A DNA stretch of 32,000 nt, taken from Guillardia theta nucleomorph. Lineage: Eukaryota; Protista; Cryptophyta. The notes under the pieces are model-generated. The model did not search any database. It was given only the letters and a program-made list of their open reading frames with translations, and was not told the DNA's origin. Where the stretch lies: positions 120,001 to 152,000 of the forward strand of contig AJ010592.2 in the NCBI GenBank assembly GCA_000002975.1. Direction: 5' to 3'. Position numbers and translations under genes: made by a program. Of the stretch, positions 28,867 through 32,000 are shown piece after piece. Within the stretch, counting starts at the first letter, position 1, and each line of letters opens with the position of its first letter.

Positions 28867-31452
28867 ATGAATTTTTCTCTAGAAATGATAATCGAATATT
28901 ATTTTAAGTTATTAGAAAAATCAAATAAAAATGCATTGAATTTTTATTTTTTTTTTCATAATAGAATTAAAAAAATGATTTATATTTCTTTTCATTTAAT
29001 CTTCTGTTCATTATCTAAAAAAAGCATCTTTTCAATATACTTATATTGGGTTATAAAGGAATTATTACTATCAAATATTAACAACAATGAAATTAATAAA
29101 CTCATTTTAATTATAGCTGTAAATATTTCTTTATCAACACATTCAAAATATTTAGAAATTTCAAAAGAATTGATTTCAAAAATATTTTTTAGCTATGAAC
29201 TTTTTGATTATATTATTGGATTAATTAAAAACAGATTATCTCTTAAGTTAAATTCTTCCAATATTTATGAATTTCTTGAGAATATAATAGAATTATTTAA
29301 AATCTGTCTAGAAAAAGTTTTAAAGGAAGATGAAAGATTTTATTTGATAAAAATGGAAGATTTTTTTTTCAAAGTAACAGAAAGGATATTTTTATCAATT
29401 TCTAATATAAGAAAACATTACTTTGGAAAAAACCAAATTTATCTTATAAAAAACTTTTTTTCAATGTTTAAATTGATGAATGCTAATTTTTATTTTTATA
29501 AAGGAAAAATTCTTCATATAATCAAGTTGAAAATGTTATTTTACTTGATTAAAATCTCAGAAAATGTAAACGATTTTAAAAAGAAGGATTTTTTGAAACT
29601 TGAACATACTTTAATTAATTCTATTATTCAGGATAATTATGATAACTCAATTCAATACAAAACTTCAATTATTCTTTTTTTACTTTTTTTAAAGAAAATT
29701 AACGCAAGATCAAAGACAAGCATTAACTATCTAAGATTCATTAATATATTTTTAAGTAATGAAAATCTTATAAAAGCACTTCGTATACCTTTTATTTTAA
29801 ACGAAATGGTCGAAACTTTAAAATTATTTTTATTAAATCCTTATAAAAACAAATATGTTGAATTATTGTATTCATCAGATACAACAAATCTATTTCTAAT
29901 GTTCAAATCTATCCGAGAAATACTACTGATAAAACTATTTGGCAAAATAAGTTTTTTTTCATTTGGAAATAGAGAAATAAAAAATCTACTAGATAGTTTA
30001 CTTTTTTTCCAATTCCCAATATTAAAAGGAAATTCACACAAAACCATTATTAATACTTATCGTAACATTCATCTATCAAAATTGGTATATATGAATCTTG
30101 ATTGCCATATGGAACAATCGTATTCGGAAAAATTTTTATTAGATAATATAGTTATTTTAAGGAATCAACTTTCCCATAAGAATATTAGAATATTTTTCAA
30201 TGATACTTCGAGAAACTTTAGAATTTACGATAAGATTGACAATCATACTGTTAATTTTTTAAGGAAATTCCTATTCTTGAGGGGAAACAATGGCTCGATA
30301 GTTTTAATGGATAGTTATCAAGATAATAATCTGTATAATTTTCTCAGTCTTTTTGTAAAAAAAGGTGTAAAATTAAGTTATCGTTTTTCAGTAAGTTTTT
30401 CACTTTTATTAATATTATCGATTCTTAAAATGCTTGTAACTTATAATTTTAAGGAAACCATCGACTTGAATGTGAAAACAATTTTAAATTTGATGGATTT
30501 TGTTTTAGAACAAATAATCTTATCAAATTCTAGTTTATTGAATTCAAGTTTTTTTGAGTCTTTGTATTTATTAAACAAAATTTATATGCTCAAAAATAAA
30601 AAATCAAGTGAAATTATATTTACAGCTACAAATCTCCTTAATATTAAATTAGAACATCCTTATAAAAGTTTATGGTATAAAATTTTTCATAATTATTCTG
30701 AAATGTTTGAAGAAAAGATTAGTAAAAGTGATTGTTTAAAATTTATTTTAGAAATCGAAAATTGGAATGATTTAAAAATATTAAAAACAATTAGATCTAT
30801 TTTTATTTTTCTAATCAAAAATTTTAGAATGTACTCTAATGAAGAATTCATAAATGTATTAATCTTATTTGAGTATACTTCATTTTATCATAGTGTAGAT
30901 GATGAATTTCTGTATATTGTTCAATGTATTGAAAAAATTTTGTATGATAAAATGAACTTCCAAGCTCGATTTTTTGAAATCATTTTTAAACTATTATTCA
31001 ATATAAATAATTCTGATGTAAGATTGTATTTTAACTTAAAATTATACAAATTATTTTTTTACGCTTTCGGAATGGGTAACAATGAATTTTTAAACTTTTT
31101 TCAAAATGATTTCTTTGTTGCTATTAATAATTTTTTGGTTATTAATATCAAAAATTGTCTTAAAATTAAATTCAATAGTTTTCAATTTCATTTATTTATC
31201 GATGAATGTGAAAATATAAATTTAGATTTTAGCTTTATATATTTGATATTTTATAAGGTAATTAGATTGCTAATCATAAAAATTGTAGATCAATACAAAA
31301 ACAACATTGATGTAAATAACTTTGAGTTTTTTAGAGTCCTATTAAATATTAATCAAGAACACGAATATAATTTAATTAAAATTTTGTTTAAAATTGAAAA
31401 ATTAATGAATAAACTAACATCAGAGAAACCAATCTTTAATTTGATTTTTTAG
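28867..31452 (+). CDS. Large helical protein, possibly very divergent exportin CRM1/Xpo1
   Basis: Collinear weak matches by eye: INTYRNI..KLVYMNLD, MEQSYSEKFLLDNI, EHP, FFEIIFKLLFNINNSD and LLNINQE versus CRM1 INLYKNMRETLVYLTHLD, MHEEDEKRFLVTVI, EYP, YFCDILQHIFSVVTD and LFSLNQD. Confidence 0.5.
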   Translation: MNFSLEMIIEYYFKLLEKSNKNALNFYFFFHNRIKKMIYISFHLIFCSLSKKSIFSIYLYWVIKELLLSNINNNEINKLILIIAVNISLSTHSKYLEISKELISKIFFSYELFDYIIGLIKNRLSLKLNSSNIYEFLENIIELFKICLEKVLKEDERFYLIKMEDFFFKVTERIFLSISNIRKHYFGKNQIYLIKNFFSMFKLMNANFYFYKGKILHIIKLKMLFYLIKISENVNDFKKKDFLKLEHTLINSIIQDNYDNSIQYKTSIILFLLFLKKINARSKTSINYLRFINIFLSNENLIKALRIPFILNEMVETLKLFLLNPYKNKYVELLYSSDTTNLFLMFKSIREILLIKLFGKISFFSFGNREIKNLLDSLLFFQFPILKGNSHKTIINTYRNIHLSKLVYMNLDCHMEQSYSEKFLLDNIVILRNQLSHKNIRIFFNDTSRNFRIYDKIDNHTVNFLRKFLFLRGNNGSIVLMDSYQDNNLYNFLSLFVKKGVKLSYRFSVSFSLLLILSILKMLVTYNFKETIDLNVKTILNLMDFVLEQIILSNSSLLNSSFFESLYLLNKIYMLKNKKSSEIIFTATNLLNIKLEHPYKSLWYKIFHNYSEMFEEKISKSDCLKFILEIENWNDLKILKTIRSIFIFLIKNFRMYSNEEFINVLILFEYTSFYHSVDDEFLYIVQCIEKILYDKMNFQARFFEIIFKLLFNINNSDVRLYFNLKLYKLFFYAFGMGNNEFLNFFQNDFFVAINNFLVINIKNCLKIKFNSFQFHLFIDECENINLDFSFIYLIFYKVIRLLIIKIVDQYKNNIDVNNFEFFRVLLNINQEHEYNLIKILFKIEKLMNKLTSEKPIFNLIF

Positions 31453-31472
31453 TATTTTCATGGAAAATACTA
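31450..31472. repeat. 10-bp perfect hairpin starting at the stop codon of the 861-aa plus-strand gene, followed by T-runs
   Basis: TAGTATTTTC-ATG-GAAAATACTA, then TTTCC and a T-run. Confidence 0.6.
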
Positions 31473-31578
31473 TTTCCTTTTTTTTATTTTTATTTTTAAG
31501 TTTATAAAGTGATGATTTTTTTTTTAAGATTTTCTCAAACCTAGGAACAAATTTTACTAAAGAGTTATTTAACAGAAA

Positions 31579-31649
31579 TGCCATAACCCAGATTCGAACT
31601 GAGGTCTTCACGGCCACAACGTGATATTCTACCACTGAACTATTATGGC
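31579..31649 (-). tRNA. trnH(GTG): tRNA-His (anticodon GTG)
   Basis: GCCATAA TA GTTC AGTGGTA GAAT A TCACG TTGTGGC CGTGA AGAC CTCAG TTCGAAT CTGGG TTATGGC A folds into a 71-nt cloverleaf. Confidence 0.96.
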
Positions 31650-31663
31650 TTTAAAACTAAAAA

Positions 31664-32000
31664 TTAAAAAAAAATTGTATTTTTGTTTTTTGAATATTCG
31701 TAATACTGATATGATAATTTGTTTTTAATTAAAAAATTTGAATCTGTTTTTTTAACAATATATTTAAATTTTCTTCTTTTGTAAAATTTTAAATCTATAC
31801 TAAATATTTCTTTGAAATTTTTTTGTATTATAAATGCAATGTAGTTAGAACTTGATAGTTTTTTGAATAGTTTATTGATTTCTTTACAAAAATAATTAAA
31901 CAATTGTTTTTCTTTAATTTTAAATAATTCTTTAGAAACTTTAATTTTTTTACTTAAATTGTAGTTGTTTTTCAAATTTTTGAAAAATGAAGAAAAATTC
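31664..32000 (-). CDS. 3' part of a hypothetical protein that starts outside the window
   Basis: The frame stays open from the window edge to the stop at 31664. The track's start at 31975 is a TTG. Confidence 0.55.
   Translation of the reverse strand, partial: NFSSFFKNLKNNYNLSKKIKVSKELFKIKEKQLFNYFCKEINKLFKKLSSSNYIAFIIQKNFKEIFSIDLKFYKRRKFKYIVKKTDSNFLIKNKLSYQYYEYSKNKNTIFF

Noticed and set aside
31420-31635. 71-aa minus-strand ORF
   Set aside because: It starts at a GTG inside tRNA-His and translates the tRNA and spacer.

Overview
An extremely AT-rich, gene-dense eukaryotic window with spacers of mostly under 70 bp. Eukaryotic housekeeping genes (eL27a, eL40, SerRS, Rpn1, Rpt5, Brf1, SmE, Brr2, Prp46/PRL1, Sof1, Imp3, bystin, Sen1, a CDK, Nuf2, a probable CRM1) are mixed with cyanobacterial-type genes carrying plastid transit-peptide-like extensions (cpn60, gidA, tab2). 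There are two tiny GT-AG introns (46 and 44 nt) and two tRNAs (Thr-AGT, His-GTG). This pattern fits a cryptophyte nucleomorph chromosome, and the intron size suggests Guillardia theta (inference). The ORF track misses a spliced RING-box (Rbx1-like) gene, the 5' part of rpl27A and both tRNAs. The most interesting observation is an eL40 gene that has lost ubiquitin but kept the RLRGG cleavage motif, in the same window as a well-conserved, catalytic-domain-only ZUFSP/Mug105-family protease. That family is known to cleave after RLRGG, so the pair is a candidate minimal processing system. All protein calls come from motif recognition by eye; no database searches were run.
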